NCBI GenBank assembly: GCA_045110515.1 | Contig: JBGCGD010000004.1 | Coordinates: forward strand, 89,033 to 153,032 | Direction: 5' to 3' | DNA length: 64,000 nt | From: Granulosicoccus sp. | GTDB lineage: Bacteria > Pseudomonadota > Gammaproteobacteria > Granulosicoccales > Granulosicoccaceae | In this document: positions 37,720 to 48,932 of the stretch, piece by piece | How the letters are laid out: every line of letters starts with the position of its first letter | Position numbering within the stretch: the stretch's first letter is position 1 | Position numbers and translations under genes: made by a program | Notes under the pieces: generated by a model | Database searches by the model: none | Seen by the model: only the letters and a program-made list of their open reading frames with translations | Told to the model about the DNA's origin: nothing

Positions 37720-40581
37720 CTACAGCGTTCGGGCAACTTCCGTTCTTTCGAATACTTCAATAACGTCACCCGGCTTCACATCGGTGTAATTCTTTACACC
37801 AATACCGCATTCCGTTCCCATGCGCACTTCTTTAACATCGTCTTTGAAGCGTCGGAGTGATTCGAGCTCACCTTCGTAGATAACAACGTTATCACGCAGT
37901 ACACGTATAGGTTCGTCCTTACGCACCACCCCATCAACAACCATACAACCGGCGATAAGACCAAACTTCGGTGAGGTAAATACCTCGCCAACTTCAGCGT
38001 TACCAATAATGCGCTCGCGCACTTCAGGTGCCAGTAGACCACCCGCCAATTGCTTAGCCAAGTCAATGAGTTCGTAGATGACGCTGTAGTAGCGCAGATC
38101 AGTTTCCTGTTCTTGGATGAGTCGTCGCGCAGCACCATCGGCACGGACATTAAAGCCAACCAAGACAGCGTTTGAAGCAGCGGCCAAATTGGCATCTGAT
38201 TCGTTAATACCACCAACACCACCACCGACAATACGAATTTCTACTTCTTCAGTTGACAGCTTTTCTAAGGAGTCTCGAATGGCTTCAAAACTACCTTTAA
38301 CGTCTGCTTTTACAACAAAGTTAACAACCGGCATGCTGCCTTTGATTTGCGAGAACACATCGTCAAGTCTGGCTGGACGTCGCTCTGCCAATCGTGCATC
38401 ACGTTGCTTACCGTAGCGAAGTTCAGCAAGCTCGCGCGCACTCTTTTCATCGGCGGCAACCAGCATTTCATCACCCGCATTCGGTGTTGATGAAAGACCC
38501 AGCACCTGAACCGGCGTTGAAGGACCTGCTTCAAGAACAGCTTGGCCATTTTCGTCAAACATTGCTCTGACGCGACCGGTTACCTGCCCACAAATGAAGC
38601 TATCGCCTCGCTTTAGAGTTCCTTCCTGAACAAGAATGGTGGCCACTGGCCCCTTACCTTTGTCAAGAGAAGCTTCGATAACAACACCGGCAGCATTACC
38701 TTCAGGTACAGCGGCCAACTCAAGTACTTCAGACTGAAGTATTAGAGCTTCAAGGAGCTGATCGACACCTTCACCCGTCAGAGCAGACAATGGCACGAAC
38801 TGTACATCCCCGCCCCATTCTTCTGAGATGACTTCGTGCTGAGATAGCTCATTTCGGACACGCTCAGGATCGGCGTTTTCTTTATCCATCTTGTTGATCG
38901 CAATGATCAGCGGTACATCAGCAGAACGTGCGTGTTGGATACCCTCAATAGTCTGAGGCATAACGCCGTCATCTGCGGCAACAACCAGCACGACAATATC
39001 GGTAGCCTGAGCACCACGAGCACGCATTGATGTAAATGCCGCGTGACCCGGGGTATCAAGGAACGTGATGACACCGTTTTCAGTTTCGGACTGATAAGCA
39101 CCGATGTGCTGCGTGATACCGCCAGCCTCACCAGACGCTACTCGTGACGTTCGAATGTAATCGAGTAGAGAGGTTTTACCGTGATCAACGTGACCCATGA
39201 TTGTTACTACAGGCGGACGAGGCAGTGCGTCGCCTTCACGCTCACCGGCAACCAATGCCGCCAGCGCTGCTTCGACATCGTCTGCGCTCATTGGGTTGGC
39301 TTTGTGCCCCATTTCCTCGACTACCAGGATCGCAGTGTCCTGATCGAGAATTTGGTTAATCGTAGCCATGACACCCATCGACATCATCGCTTTGATAACT
39401 TCTGCGGCCTTAACCGCCATTTTGTTCGCCAGTTCGGCAACGGTTATGGTCTCTGGGACATCAACATCACGGACGACAGGCGTTGTCGGCCTTTCGAAAG
39501 CATGCTTCGCTTCGAAATTCGCCGGTACCGCTCTCTTGGCTTTACCCTTACGTCGACCTGACTTGCCCTTGGCAACATGCAACTGGTTGCGACCATAACG
39601 GGTATCGCCGCCACCGCCGCCAGCACCACCTTTACCGCGACCCTTGCCTTTGGGTTTATCGCCGCCACGTGAACCACCGCGATCATTACTACTGGCCGCT
39701 TGCTGAGCTTCCATAGCCGCTCGGCGCTGCAGCTCTGCAGCGACACGTTCCTGCTCACGTCGCTCACGCTCGCGCTTTGCGTTTTCGTCAGATTCTTTGC
39801 GTCTTTCGGCAGCAACCTGTTTCTCAGCCATGCGCTCTGCAGCGGCACGAGCTTGTTGCTCCATTTCGAGACGGCGCTCAGCTTCTCGAGCAAGCCTCGC
39901 CTTCTCGGCCGGTGAAATATCTGCAGCCGGCGCAGCCGGTGCTTGTTCTGCCTGAGCAGCGGCTGCGGCAGCTTGTGCCTCCGCCTGGCGCATGGCCTCT
40001 GCGGCCGGGTCGAGCGCAGGCTCATCGCTGACAGCAGCATCATCGTTAGAGGTAGACGCTGCTGCACTAGCTGCGGCGACTTGGGCCGCTACCGCGGCAG
40101 CCGCATCATCGGACGCTTGCTTTGCAGCTTGAGCAGCCACTTGATCTGCTACATCAGAGGTATCAGCGACATCGGCAACCGGGGCTTGTTCGGCAGGTGC
40201 GGTGTCAACAGGCGCTGCATCTTGCACTTCAGGTGCAGCCTCAACCGCTGCCGGTGCTTCCGGCTCCGCCTCAGGCTCATCGCCGGGGCGAACGTAAGTA
40301 CGTTTTGTGCGCACTTCAACATTAACCTTGCGTCGTCCTGATGCATCAGTTTTAAGCTCGCTTACCCGTTTACGCTTAAGCGTAATCTTTTTCGCAGGAC
40401 CACCCGTGCCCGCCTGACCTCGCGACTCACGAAGGTGCGTTAGCAGTGTCAGCTTCTCCGAATCGGAGATCATGTCGCCTTCACCGGTCTTGGCAATGCC
40501 AGCATCGGAAAGCTGCTCGAGCAGCTTGTCGATAGGCGTACCTACTACCTGTGCGAGCTGTTTTACTGTTACTTCAGCCAT
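37720..40581 (-). CDS. infB: Translation initiation factor IF-2
   Basis: [10 protein letters not shown] start; [13 protein letters not shown] and NKMD G-domain motifs. Confidence 0.98.
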   Translation of the reverse strand: MAEVTVKQLAQVVGTPIDKLLEQLSDAGIAKTGEGDMISDSEKLTLLTHLRESRGQAGTGGPAKKITLKRKRVSELKTDASGRRKVNVEVRTKRTYVRPGDEPEAEPEAPAAVEAAPEVQDAAPVDTAPAEQAPVADVADTSDVADQVAAQAAKQASDDAAAAVAAQVAAASAAASTSNDDAAVSDEPALDPAAEAMRQAEAQAAAAAAQAEQAPAAPAADISPAEKARLAREAERRLEMEQQARAAAERMAEKQVAAERRKESDENAKRERERREQERVAAELQRRAAMEAQQAASSNDRGGSRGGDKPKGKGRGKGGAGGGGGDTRYGRNQLHVAKGKSGRRKGKAKRAVPANFEAKHAFERPTTPVVRDVDVPETITVAELANKMAVKAAEVIKAMMSMGVMATINQILDQDTAILVVEEMGHKANPMSADDVEAALAALVAGEREGDALPRPPVVTIMGHVDHGKTSLLDYIRTSRVASGEAGGITQHIGAYQSETENGVITFLDTPGHAAFTSMRARGAQATDIVVLVVAADDGVMPQTIEGIQHARSADVPLIIAINKMDKENADPERVRNELSQHEVISEEWGGDVQFVPLSALTGEGVDQLLEALILQSEVLELAAVPEGNAAGVVIEASLDKGKGPVATILVQEGTLKRGDSFICGQVTGRVRAMFDENGQAVLEAGPSTPVQVLGLSSTPNAGDEMLVAADEKSARELAELRYGKQRDARLAERRPARLDDVFSQIKGSMPVVNFVVKADVKGSFEAIRDSLEKLSTEEVEIRIVGGGVGGINESDANLAAASNAVLVGFNVRADGAARRLIQEQETDLRYYSVIYELIDLAKQLAGGLLAPEVRERIIGNAEVGEVFTSPKFGLIAGCMVVDGVVRKDEPIRVLRDNVVIYEGELESLRRFKDDVKEVRMGTECGIGVKNYTDVKPGDVIEVFERTEVARTL

Positions 40582-40650
40582 AGCTTCTCTTGTCTTTTCC
40601 CCGTACAACCGGTTGCCCGGCAGGTACTGCGTTCAATCAAACATGCCGAC

Positions 40651-42171
40651 TTACTTTGCTGCTGCAGTGGCCTCTTCGGCTTCTTCCTCAGCAAACCAAC
40701 TTTCTCTTGCCTTCATGATGAGCGTTGCAGCTAATTCTTCGTTCATACCTTGCACCACCATCAGATCATCAACTGACTGGTCTGCAAGATCGTCAACAGT
40801 CACGATTTCGTGGCCTGCCATTTCCAGTGCTAACTCTTCGTTCATGCCTTCCATAGCAATTAATTCTGCCGTTGGCGTATTGCCACCCAGCTTTTCTTCG
40901 GTCGCAATGGCCTTCGTCAACAGAGCATCTTGTGCACGACTGCGGAGTTCATCAACGATCTCTTCTTCAAATTCATCAATATCCAACAGCTCATCACGCG
41001 GCACGTAAGCCACCTCTTCCACTGTGGTGAAACCTTCCTGCACCAGGATCAAAGCAACTTCTTCGTCAACATCTAGCTGTTCTACGAAAGCTTGCAGCGT
41101 GACCTTGGATTCTTCTTCACTCTTTTCTTCTGCTGCTGACTCGTCCATGACATTGAGAGTCCACCCAGTAAGTTCAGAGGCTAGCCGCACATTTTGACCG
41201 CCACGTCCGATGGCCAACGACAGCTTTTCATTTTCTACTGCGATATCCATGCTGCGCTTGTCTTCGTCGACAACGATGCCTTTAACTTCTGCAGGCGCCA
41301 TCGCGTTGATGACAAACTGGGCCGGGTTATCGTTGTGCAAGATGATATCGATTCGCTCGCCCGCCAATTCATTAGAAACCGTTTGAACTCGCGAACCACG
41401 CATACCAACACACGCACCCACCGGATCCAAGCGAGGATCGAGTGATGACACAGCGATCTTTGCTCGAGCGCTAGGATCACGAGCGGCACCGTTGATGACA
41501 ATGACGCCCTGCCCGACTTCAGGCACTTCCAGCTTGAACAACTCGATGAGAAATTCCGGAGCTGTACGCGTAACAAATAGCTGTGGGCCACGTGGCTCAC
41601 TGCGCACTTCACGCAAATACCCACGTAGGCGATCGCCCGGTCTTACTGCTTCGCGAGGAATCATGTCTTCGCGGGATATATAGGCTTCTGCGTTGGATCC
41701 CAAGTCCAGGTAAACACCGCCGCGCTCTAGGCGCTTAACAATACCCATGACCAACTCACCGACGCGTTCGCGATAAGCATCAACGACTCTTTCGCGTTCA
41801 GCCTCACGTACTTTTTGTACGATGACCTGTTTCGCTGTTTGAGCAGCAATTCGGCCGAAATCTACCGATTCGATTTCTTCTTCTACGAAGCCACCGAGCT
41901 CCAGGCTTGGGTCGTCATATTGCGCAGCCGAAATGGTGATTTGTCGCAGCGGGAATTCCATCTCAGCGTCGTCAGCTACGACTTCCCAACAACGGTAGGT
42001 GTTGTAGTCGCCGGTTGCCCGGTCGATTTTGACGCGAACCTCGATGTCACCACCGTGCCGCTTTCGGGTAGCAGACGCGAGCGCCGCCTCCAAAGCTTCA
42101 AAGATGATGCCTTCATCAACGCCTTTTTCGTTGGACACAGCGTCCACGACTAGCAGTATATCTTTACTCAT
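40651..42171 (-). CDS. nusA: Transcription termination/antitermination factor NusA
   Basis: [25 protein letters not shown] and [12 protein letters not shown]; AR1/AR2 tail. Confidence 0.98.
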   Translation of the reverse strand: MSKDILLVVDAVSNEKGVDEGIIFEALEAALASATRKRHGGDIEVRVKIDRATGDYNTYRCWEVVADDAEMEFPLRQITISAAQYDDPSLELGGFVEEEIESVDFGRIAAQTAKQVIVQKVREAERERVVDAYRERVGELVMGIVKRLERGGVYLDLGSNAEAYISREDMIPREAVRPGDRLRGYLREVRSEPRGPQLFVTRTAPEFLIELFKLEVPEVGQGVIVINGAARDPSARAKIAVSSLDPRLDPVGACVGMRGSRVQTVSNELAGERIDIILHNDNPAQFVINAMAPAEVKGIVVDEDKRSMDIAVENEKLSLAIGRGGQNVRLASELTGWTLNVMDESAAEEKSEEESKVTLQAFVEQLDVDEEVALILVQEGFTTVEEVAYVPRDELLDIDEFEEEIVDELRSRAQDALLTKAIATEEKLGGNTPTAELIAMEGMNEELALEMAGHEIVTVDDLADQSVDDLMVVQGMNEELAATLIMKARESWFAEEEAEEATAAAK

Positions 42172-42246
42172 TGCCCGTGAGCCTCAATTCGCAAGTACAT
42201 AGATGCACTCCCACTTGATAAACAATTAATTCGTTTTGCTAACACG

Positions 42247-42705
42247 CTAAGGAAGACGTCCTTTCACGTGAGCTTGTTCAACATCAACAACAGGTAAATC
42301 GTAGTCGATCCCGTCCACTTCAACCGTCGCAATGCCATCTTTCACAGCGATTAGCTCGCCTTTAAAGTTTCTGCGACCGTTGACACCATCGGCCATTCGT
42401 ACCCGAACCTCTTCACCAATCTGCTCGGCAAAGTGCGCCTCTGTAAACAGAGGGCGGTCGACGCCGGGAGAAGAAACCTCCAGTAAGTAGGCACTTTTAA
42501 TCGTGTCTTCAACATCCAGAACCGCATTAAGCTGGCGACTGACAGCCGCACAATCTTCCATGACAATGCCTTCCGGCTTATCGATGTAGACCCGTAAAGT
42601 GGTTCCGTTTTCTGCCTGGCCGAATTCTGCGCCCACAAGCTCGTAGCCGAGCCCGGTAACTACCGGTTCGATCACTTGTACGACTGGAGCACTGGCTCGT
42701 TGCAT
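42247..42705 (-). CDS. rimP: Ribosome maturation factor RimP
   Basis: LRVYIDK…EDC…YLLEVSSPGVDRPL. Confidence 0.96.
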   Translation of the reverse strand: MQRASAPVVQVIEPVVTGLGYELVGAEFGQAENGTTLRVYIDKPEGIVMEDCAAVSRQLNAVLDVEDTIKSAYLLEVSSPGVDRPLFTEAHFAEQIGEEVRVRMADGVNGRRNFKGELIAVKDGIATVEVDGIDYDLPVVDVEQAHVKGRLP

Positions 42706-42754
42706 AAACTAAAACCTTAAAAAAGAACGACTAAAACTAAAAAAACCGATTAAC

Positions 42755-42784
42755 CAAAGAAAAAGGCTCCGTACGGAGCCTTTT
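42755..42784 (-). terminator. Leader terminator/attenuator upstream of rimP (rimP leader)
   Basis: Perfect palindrome AAAAGGCTCCGTACGGAGCCTTTT (42761-42784) followed by TCTTTGG on the minus strand, 55 nt before the rimP start. Confidence 0.75.
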
Positions 42785-43018
42785 AAAAATTCTTATGACT
42801 GACTCTGTGAGCAGATACGGATTGCTCACCTCAGCACCGCTACTATCCGCAAGAAAAACACTTGCAAAGGGAGTTCGCTGCTAACTAATTTGCTAAGTAT
42901 AACAGTCTGGCGAACGAGCCGCCAGTGTTGTAACCACTACTCTGCATACTCGTCTGATCGATGCTGCAATAGCAATGCCGATGTGAATAACAGTCAAGTA
43001 TTTGTCGCGAAAATAACT

Positions 43019-43190
43019 TTATGCATTAGGATCTGGAGCCAATCTCAGCAATTCGTCTCCCTGCGCCACTTGATCCCCTGCACCGACAGCCAGAATTTCG
43101 ACCACACGCTCTCTAGGGGCGCATAAGTCTTGCTCCATTTTCATGGCCTCTATGCTGACAACGGCCTGACCGACAGACACGGCATCGTCA
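43019..43190 (-). pseudogene. Truncated biotin-carboxyl-carrier (biotinyl) domain remnant
   Basis: DAVSVGQAVVSIEAMKMEQDLCAP…GDQVAQGDELL with the EAMKM biotinylation motif; the N-terminal APMPG strand and all carboxylase domains are absent. Confidence 0.7.
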
Positions 43191-43460
43191 GGCTGCGGCT
43201 GATGAGACTTCATCTTCATTGACCTGACGCAAAGATTCTAGCGCAGCCTTGCGCTCTACGTCAGCTTTGCGTATCGCGGTGTATTAAATTTTTTACCATG
43301 TTGCAAAGTCTTGAACAGCGACAGGATGTCCGATCCAAATTGTCGTTTCTTTGGACGTCCATCTGGACCTGGCCTGCTCAATACAGGTGGACTAAGAACG
43401 ACTTGCTGAGTCGGCCCACTGTGAGACAGATCAGTTCATCGTTTGCTATGAGTTAAACCA
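43188..43460 (-). pseudogene. Remnant of the 3' end of an indolepyruvate-ferredoxin-oxidoreductase-family gene
   Basis: Manual translation gives LSPPVLSRPGPDGRPKKRQFGSDILSLFKTL, then after frameshifts YTAIRKADVERKAALESL…SSAAA*. This resembles IOR C-termini from memory (LAPPLLSRKGPDGRPVK..FG…YTAERRME…AAE*). Confidence 0.55.
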
Positions 43461-43522
43461 AAAATACAACTGTGCCACCTATTTGAAAAACCATGCAGCT
43501 AGCCTACCTGGCAAACGCAAGC

Positions 43523-44482
43523 CTACTGCCGGCTTTTCGGGATAATTTCGTAGCCTTCCTCCTCCGGTTCATCGTCTGTCATTTCAGCGGGGAACCCGTC
43601 TGCAATGACCTGAACGTTAGCAGCCTCCTCTAAACGTCTAATTATGTTGGGCGACCATTCGCGCATACCATACCGCGCTGCACCGTCTTTCATAATGTTT
43701 ATCATCAACGGATTAATTTCTAAGGGTACGCCTGCCCTGTCAGCAACTGATTGGAACAAACCGATATCTTTAAGCACTAAATCCATCGTGAAGTTAATAT
43801 CTCGTGATCCATTGAGAATGACCTGACTTTCAGTCTCATGAACAAAGGAATTACCCGACGATACTTTAATGGCTTCATAGGCCGTGGCCATGTCCATCCC
43901 TGCGGCTTTGCACGTCACCAAGGCTTCACAAATACTTAACAGATTTGCAGTGGCTAAATAGTTCGTTACTACTTTCAAAACGGACGCACTACCCAATTCG
44001 CCGGTGTGTAAAATTCGCCTGCCCATCGCTTTTAACACCGGCAACAATTGTTCAAACACCGGGCGATCGCACCCTGCGAAAATGGCTATGTTGCCTGTTG
44101 CCGCACGGTGACAGCCCCCTGAAACCGGGCAATCTACCGCGAAGCCGCCGGCCTCTACAATCTTTGCCCCCAGACGCGTGACTTCCGCCTCGTCAGTTGT
44201 ACTCATTTCGGCCCAGATGGTCCCCGGTGTGAGCCCCTCTAGTAAGCCTCCTGGACCTTCGACCACACTTGCACTGGCAGCAGGAGATGGCAAACAGGTG
44301 ATGACGATGTCGCACTCGGCCCCCATCTTTGCCGCACTTCCCCCAAACTTGGCACCTTTGTCTAAAAGCTCCTGCGCAGCACTTTCATCTAGATCTCGGA
44401 CGGTGACATCAAAACCATTCCGAACCAAACTACCGGCAAGTTTTCCGCCGACATTGCCTAAACCGATAAAACCGATATGCAT
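43523..44482 (-). CDS. NAD(P)-dependent oxidoreductase, 3-hydroxyisobutyrate dehydrogenase family
   Basis: GFIGLGNVG Rossmann motif, TCLP, DCPVSGG, LKVVTNYL and KDIGL. Confidence 0.88.
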   Translation of the reverse strand: MHIGFIGLGNVGGKLAGSLVRNGFDVTVRDLDESAAQELLDKGAKFGGSAAKMGAECDIVITCLPSPAASASVVEGPGGLLEGLTPGTIWAEMSTTDEAEVTRLGAKIVEAGGFAVDCPVSGGCHRAATGNIAIFAGCDRPVFEQLLPVLKAMGRRILHTGELGSASVLKVVTNYLATANLLSICEALVTCKAAGMDMATAYEAIKVSSGNSFVHETESQVILNGSRDINFTMDLVLKDIGLFQSVADRAGVPLEINPLMINIMKDGAARYGMREWSPNIIRRLEEAANVQVIADGFPAEMTDDEPEEEGYEIIPKSRQ

Positions 44483-44773
44483 TTTCACGTGGTGTCCTGA
44501 ATTTTCCTTCATTATGTTGCTAACGCGCTTAGCGATACAAGCTCAAATGCGACGCAAAATTACAGCTCTAGACATTTGAAAATTTGCGTGCCGATCTGCA
44601 GCGCTGCTCACTCGCGCAAAGGGTGCCGTTGATAGGTTTACAGACCTAGCATTTTCCTCAACACGGTTCGACACCACAATTACCTGTGGCTTAACTCGGT
44701 TAAAAAATATTAGTGATAGAGTGCCATTTCGTAACAGCGCCTCTTTTCGTTAACGAAGTTTGGAGACAGCTCC

Positions 44774-46666
44774 ATGACAACAAACCCAGATGATCTGTCG
44801 TTTGACGATTTCGATGAATACATCAACCCTCGACCCGCTGAAACAGATTTCGACAGAATTGTAGATAGCGCACTGTCCAGGCGTGATTTATTAAAAAGCG
44901 TGATGGCTTTCGGCAGCGTTGCCACATTTGGAAATGGTTTCATCAATAAACCTGCCAGCGCTGCTCAAGACAGGTTCGCATTCGCAGCCATTCCAAGCAG
45001 TACCGCTGACAACGTGACCGTACCACCTGGATATAAAGCCCACGTGGTGGTTCGCTGGGGTGATCCGCTGTGGTCCAATGCACCGGAATTTGATCACGAG
45101 ACACGTGGTAGTGCAGCAAGCCAGGCACTCTCGTTTGGCGATAACAACGATGGAATGGAAGTCTACCCACATGGTGACAAGTTCATACTTATCGTCAACA
45201 ACGAATACACGAATAGAAGTGTCATCTGGGGTAATCGTCCCGATGGTAAAGCTGAAAACAAGGACGACATATTAAAAGGCATGAATGCACATGGCTTAAC
45301 GTCCGTTGAAATCGCACAGGAGAACGGCGCATGGGCTGTCGTAAAAGACAGCCCGTTTAACCGTCGATTTACACCCGATGTTGAAATGGATATCACCGGA
45401 CCTGCGAAAGGTCATGAGCTCATGAAAACTAATGCAGACCGTTCAGGGACAGTGGCGCAAGGTACGTTCAACAACTGCGGCAATGGTTCTACACCCTGGG
45501 GAACCTACCTTGCATGTGAAGAGAATTTCAATGGCTACTTTGCCACCGAAGATGAGAAATACCCGGTATCTAATTCGATGAAGCGCTATGGCATTTCTCC
45601 TAAAGGCCGCGGATACGGTTGGGAGAAAATCGATGAGCGTTTCGATTTGGCTAAGGAATCTAATGAATACAATCGCCATGGCTATGTTACCGAGGTTGAT
45701 GCTACTGACCCAAGCAGCCGACCCAAGAAACGCACCGCATTAGGCCGCTTTAAACATGAAAATGCTGAAGTTGTTGTCAACAATGACGGACGCATTGTCG
45801 TGTACATGGGAGATGATGAACGCGGTGAATTTCTCTATCGCTATGTGTCAGACGGTGTCTATGCTCCCGGTGGCGAGACCGATTCATTACTGGAAGAAGG
45901 GAAACTCTACGCCGCCAAATTCAATGATGACAGCACAGGCGAATGGCGGGAACTCTCACCCGAAGCCACTGGCATGGCAAACATGGCGGAAGTTTGTATA
46001 CACACTCGCATGGCAGCATCGACTGTTGGCGCTACCACCATGGACCGACCGGAATGGGTAAGCGCAAACCCCATGGCAGCAGAAGTTTATTGTTGTCTAA
46101 CCAACAACAGAAATCGTGGTGTGAAAAACAACGCCGGTGGTGATGAGACGCCGGTTGGTGGCCCTAACCCTCGAGAGGCGAACAAGTACGGTCAGATCGT
46201 TCGCTGGCGACCAGACGACGCGGATCATACCAGCCATACTTTCAGTTGGGACTTATACGTACTAGCGGGTAACCCCGCAGTGCATTCTGACGACAGAGCT
46301 GGGTCTGCCAATGTTAACGAAGACAATATGTTTAATTCTCCGGACGGCTTAAAGTTTGATTCCAACGGCATGTTGTGGATTCAAACCGATGGCAATTATT
46401 CCAACAAAAAGGATTTCGCCGGACAAGGTAACAATCAGATGTTGTTGGGAGATCCTGTAACCGGAGAAATCCGCCGGTTTTTAACGGGGCCTAAACAAGC
46501 TGAAATTACCGGACTCACGTGGAGCCCGGATAGACGAACCATGTTCGTTGGTGTGCAGCACCCTGGAGAAAGAGGCGAAGGACATTGGCCTGATGGTGGC
46601 GAGTCCTCTGCCCCTCGATCGGCAATTATTGCCGTGACACGCGATGATGGTGGATTAATCGGCTAA
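44774..46666 (+). CDS. phoX: PhoX-family alkaline phosphatase (Tat-exported)
   Basis: SRRDLLK Tat motif, GDNNDGM, VNNEY, NNCGNG.TPWGTYLACEEN, GRFKHE, MDRPEW, NSPDGL and QHPG. Confidence 0.93.
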   Translation: MTTNPDDLSFDDFDEYINPRPAETDFDRIVDSALSRRDLLKSVMAFGSVATFGNGFINKPASAAQDRFAFAAIPSSTADNVTVPPGYKAHVVVRWGDPLWSNAPEFDHETRGSAASQALSFGDNNDGMEVYPHGDKFILIVNNEYTNRSVIWGNRPDGKAENKDDILKGMNAHGLTSVEIAQENGAWAVVKDSPFNRRFTPDVEMDITGPAKGHELMKTNADRSGTVAQGTFNNCGNGSTPWGTYLACEENFNGYFATEDEKYPVSNSMKRYGISPKGRGYGWEKIDERFDLAKESNEYNRHGYVTEVDATDPSSRPKKRTALGRFKHENAEVVVNNDGRIVVYMGDDERGEFLYRYVSDGVYAPGGETDSLLEEGKLYAAKFNDDSTGEWRELSPEATGMANMAEVCIHTRMAASTVGATTMDRPEWVSANPMAAEVYCCLTNNRNRGVKNNAGGDETPVGGPNPREANKYGQIVRWRPDDADHTSHTFSWDLYVLAGNPAVHSDDRAGSANVNEDNMFNSPDGLKFDSNGMLWIQTDGNYSNKKDFAGQGNNQMLLGDPVTGEIRRFLTGPKQAEITGLTWSPDRRTMFVGVQHPGERGEGHWPDGGESSAPRSAIIAVTRDDGGLIG

Positions 46667-46990
46667 CTAAGCTTCTGAGCAACTCCAGTGTGCCAGGTAC
46701 CGCCGTTGAGCGATACCAATCACTTTTGTTGCACTGCTAAGGTTGCTTCGGCGCGCGCGACATTCGATAACTTCCAACGAGCATCAGTTCACAAAACCAC
46801 ACAGCTACTTTGGCAACTACCCTGCCTGTGTCGTACTTCTCATGCCGTGGGTATAAATCTGCTATGCGCTCCCGCCGCAACATACTCATGAAGAGAGATG
46901 AAAATTTACGCCAAGTCCAAGCTTACATTTTTATCAAGTATACGTCGTGCGCACATTTAAAAAGCGTCGAACATGAGATGACCTTAAACT

Positions 46991-48661
46991 GTGTCCTTAC
47001 GTAACAAAGTCGTTGGAACACTGCTCGGTGTTTTCGTTTTGTACGTATTGGCTGCGTGGTTCTTATTAAGTTTCATTTACACGCCAGCGTTCACTCAATT
47101 AGAACATCAAAACTCCAGCGACCAATTGCGTCGCGTGCATGAGTTTATGGAACTTGAAAGAATCGGTGTCGATTTGCTTGTTAGCGATTGGGCTGAGTGG
47201 GACGATGCCATGCTCTTCGCCAAAGGCGAATACGACGAATTCATCGAAGAGAATCTATCCGGGGCCTATCTATCGCACCTAGGTATGAACTTTGGGGCCA
47301 TTTTAAACGTGGACGGAAAAGTCATCTGGGGCGAGTCCTACCTAAGCGACAATAAGGTATCGACAATCGAAGATGTATTTCCCGGAGAACTCGCAAAGCG
47401 CAACACTTTAATGTCCCCTATGGAGTCAGGTGAACACGCAACCGGGTTAATCGACACGGCACACGGCCCTGCCATCGTATCGTCTGCAAGCATTTTATGG
47501 AGCAGTGGCAGGGGTCCAGCTGGCGGTATCATTGTTGTGGGAAGACTACTAAACGCCGAACATACCGAGAGAATCGGAAAAACCGTTCTATCTAAGGTAG
47601 AGCTTTTGCCAGCAAAGCATGATTTGATTCCAGAGAAATATCATTCGGTATTAACCGAATTGATGGTGGGTGACGCATCTGACGTCTTCTTGCATGATGC
47701 AGACTATCTGTATTCTTTCAGATTACTCAAAGATATTGATGGCGAAAATTTAGCGCTCCTGAGTGTTCGGGAAGACGCCCGTATCTCAGCGTTGGGGTCT
47801 GCCGCTCTTAATATGACTATCCTGACATTGCTCGTGGCTGCAACTGTTGTGACTGCATCCTTGTGGTCTGTCCTAAACGGTACCTTGCTGCGTCCTATTG
47901 AAAAGCTAACAGCGGTGCTTCGAGGAAACCAAGAGACGTCTACTACGGGTTCCGATCGCGATCTAGTGGCAACCGTCATGCGTCTTAGCGAATCCAGCGG
48001 CTCTATCTCAAAAAGGAACGATGAAATTGGTGAGCTAATTCATGCCTTTGATGAATTGAGCACATCATTAAAGGATGCCACCACAAGTGTCTGGCGCATT
48101 GCACATGTAGACGGTTTAACCGGATTGGCAAACCGTCGGTTATTTCTGGAAAGCCTGGATCGAGCAGTACAGCAGTCTTCAAGCTCACAACCGGTAGCGG
48201 TGCTTTTTATTGACTTAGATGACTTTAAAAACGTCAACGACGAAAAAGGCCATGACGCGGGTGACAAACTTCTAATTGAGGTTGCAGCCAGAATAGAGTC
48301 AGTGGTGGGCTGTTCTGGCCGCGTCTATTCACCCGAGAATGTGATTACCGGGGAACTAGTGGCGCGGATTGGCGGCGATGAATTTGTGGTCCTACTGTCA
48401 GCTAATGGGTCCACATCAGAGGCAAATCGTATTGCCGCAGAGATAGTTTCAACGGTTGCCGCGCCCTACCAGATAGAGGGACAGTTGTGCAAGATAGGCG
48501 CTTGTGTCGGCGTTGCGTCATGCCCGCAAGACGCGCAGAACATGGAAGATTTACTGAGCCTTGCAGATTCTGCAATGTACGATGCAAAAAAAGCCGGTAA
48601 AAATACGTGGCGACATTTTGTCGAAGGTTTTGACAGCAATGTGCAGAAGAAGATCGCGTAG
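46991..48661 (+). CDS. Membrane diguanylate cyclase (CHASE4-HAMP-GGDEF)
   Basis: Two TMs around DWAEWDD (CHASE4), NDEIGEL HAMP, DGLTGLANR, FIDLDDFK.VND..GH..GD and RIGGDEF. Confidence 0.88.
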   Translation: MSLRNKVVGTLLGVFVLYVLAAWFLLSFIYTPAFTQLEHQNSSDQLRRVHEFMELERIGVDLLVSDWAEWDDAMLFAKGEYDEFIEENLSGAYLSHLGMNFGAILNVDGKVIWGESYLSDNKVSTIEDVFPGELAKRNTLMSPMESGEHATGLIDTAHGPAIVSSASILWSSGRGPAGGIIVVGRLLNAEHTERIGKTVLSKVELLPAKHDLIPEKYHSVLTELMVGDASDVFLHDADYLYSFRLLKDIDGENLALLSVREDARISALGSAALNMTILTLLVAATVVTASLWSVLNGTLLRPIEKLTAVLRGNQETSTTGSDRDLVATVMRLSESSGSISKRNDEIGELIHAFDELSTSLKDATTSVWRIAHVDGLTGLANRRLFLESLDRAVQQSSSSQPVAVLFIDLDDFKNVNDEKGHDAGDKLLIEVAARIESVVGCSGRVYSPENVITGELVARIGGDEFVVLLSANGSTSEANRIAAEIVSTVAAPYQIEGQLCKIGACVGVASCPQDAQNMEDLLSLADSAMYDAKKAGKNTWRHFVEGFDSNVQKKIA

Positions 48662-48749
48662 ACAGTTTTGCATACTTGTCCCGTCGCGCGACAAGCCTTA
48701 CCGCGGTGCAAACACTGCTTTGCGAGCACCCCACTTTGCAATGGGGCAC

Positions 48750-48779
48750 AAAAAAGCCCCTACCTAGAGGGGCCTTTTT
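48750..48779. terminator. Bidirectional intrinsic terminator between the cyclase and tRNA-Met
   Basis: AAAAAA-GCCCCT-acctag-AGGGGC-CTTTTT. Confidence 0.75.
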
Positions 48780-48808
48780 GACTTGTTGGTTTCAGCTTTT
48801 AAACAACT

Positions 48809-48885
<77 letters not shown>

Positions 48886-48903
48886 CCTGTGCTGACCCGA
48901 GGA

Positions 48904-48932
48904 AGTATAAGGCGCAATGGTTTTTTATACAA
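48904..48932 (-). promoter_or_regulatory. Sigma70 promoter of tRNA-fMet
   Basis: TTGTAT-17 nt-TATACT, 18 nt upstream of the tRNA 5' end. Confidence 0.7.

Noticed and set aside
39181-41008. Multiple short overlapping ORFs over infB and nusA
   Set aside because: Shadow or alternate-frame ORFs of highly conserved genes, with no motifs or RBS support.
42835-42847. ccgctacta, resembling the tRNA-Met 3' end, as an attR site
   Set aside because: Short, mismatched and in the opposite orientation to the tRNA; not a direct repeat, and no integrase is nearby.
44580-44773. Pho box upstream of phoX
   Set aside because: Candidate GTGAT/GCCAT/GTAAC half-sites are spaced 8-10 nt apart rather than 11; not convincing by eye.
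46681-46890. Minus-strand frame with stops (HEYVAAGA…LVSLNGGTWHTG) as a possible further pseudogene
   Set aside because: Resemblance to any family was too weak to call without BLASTx.
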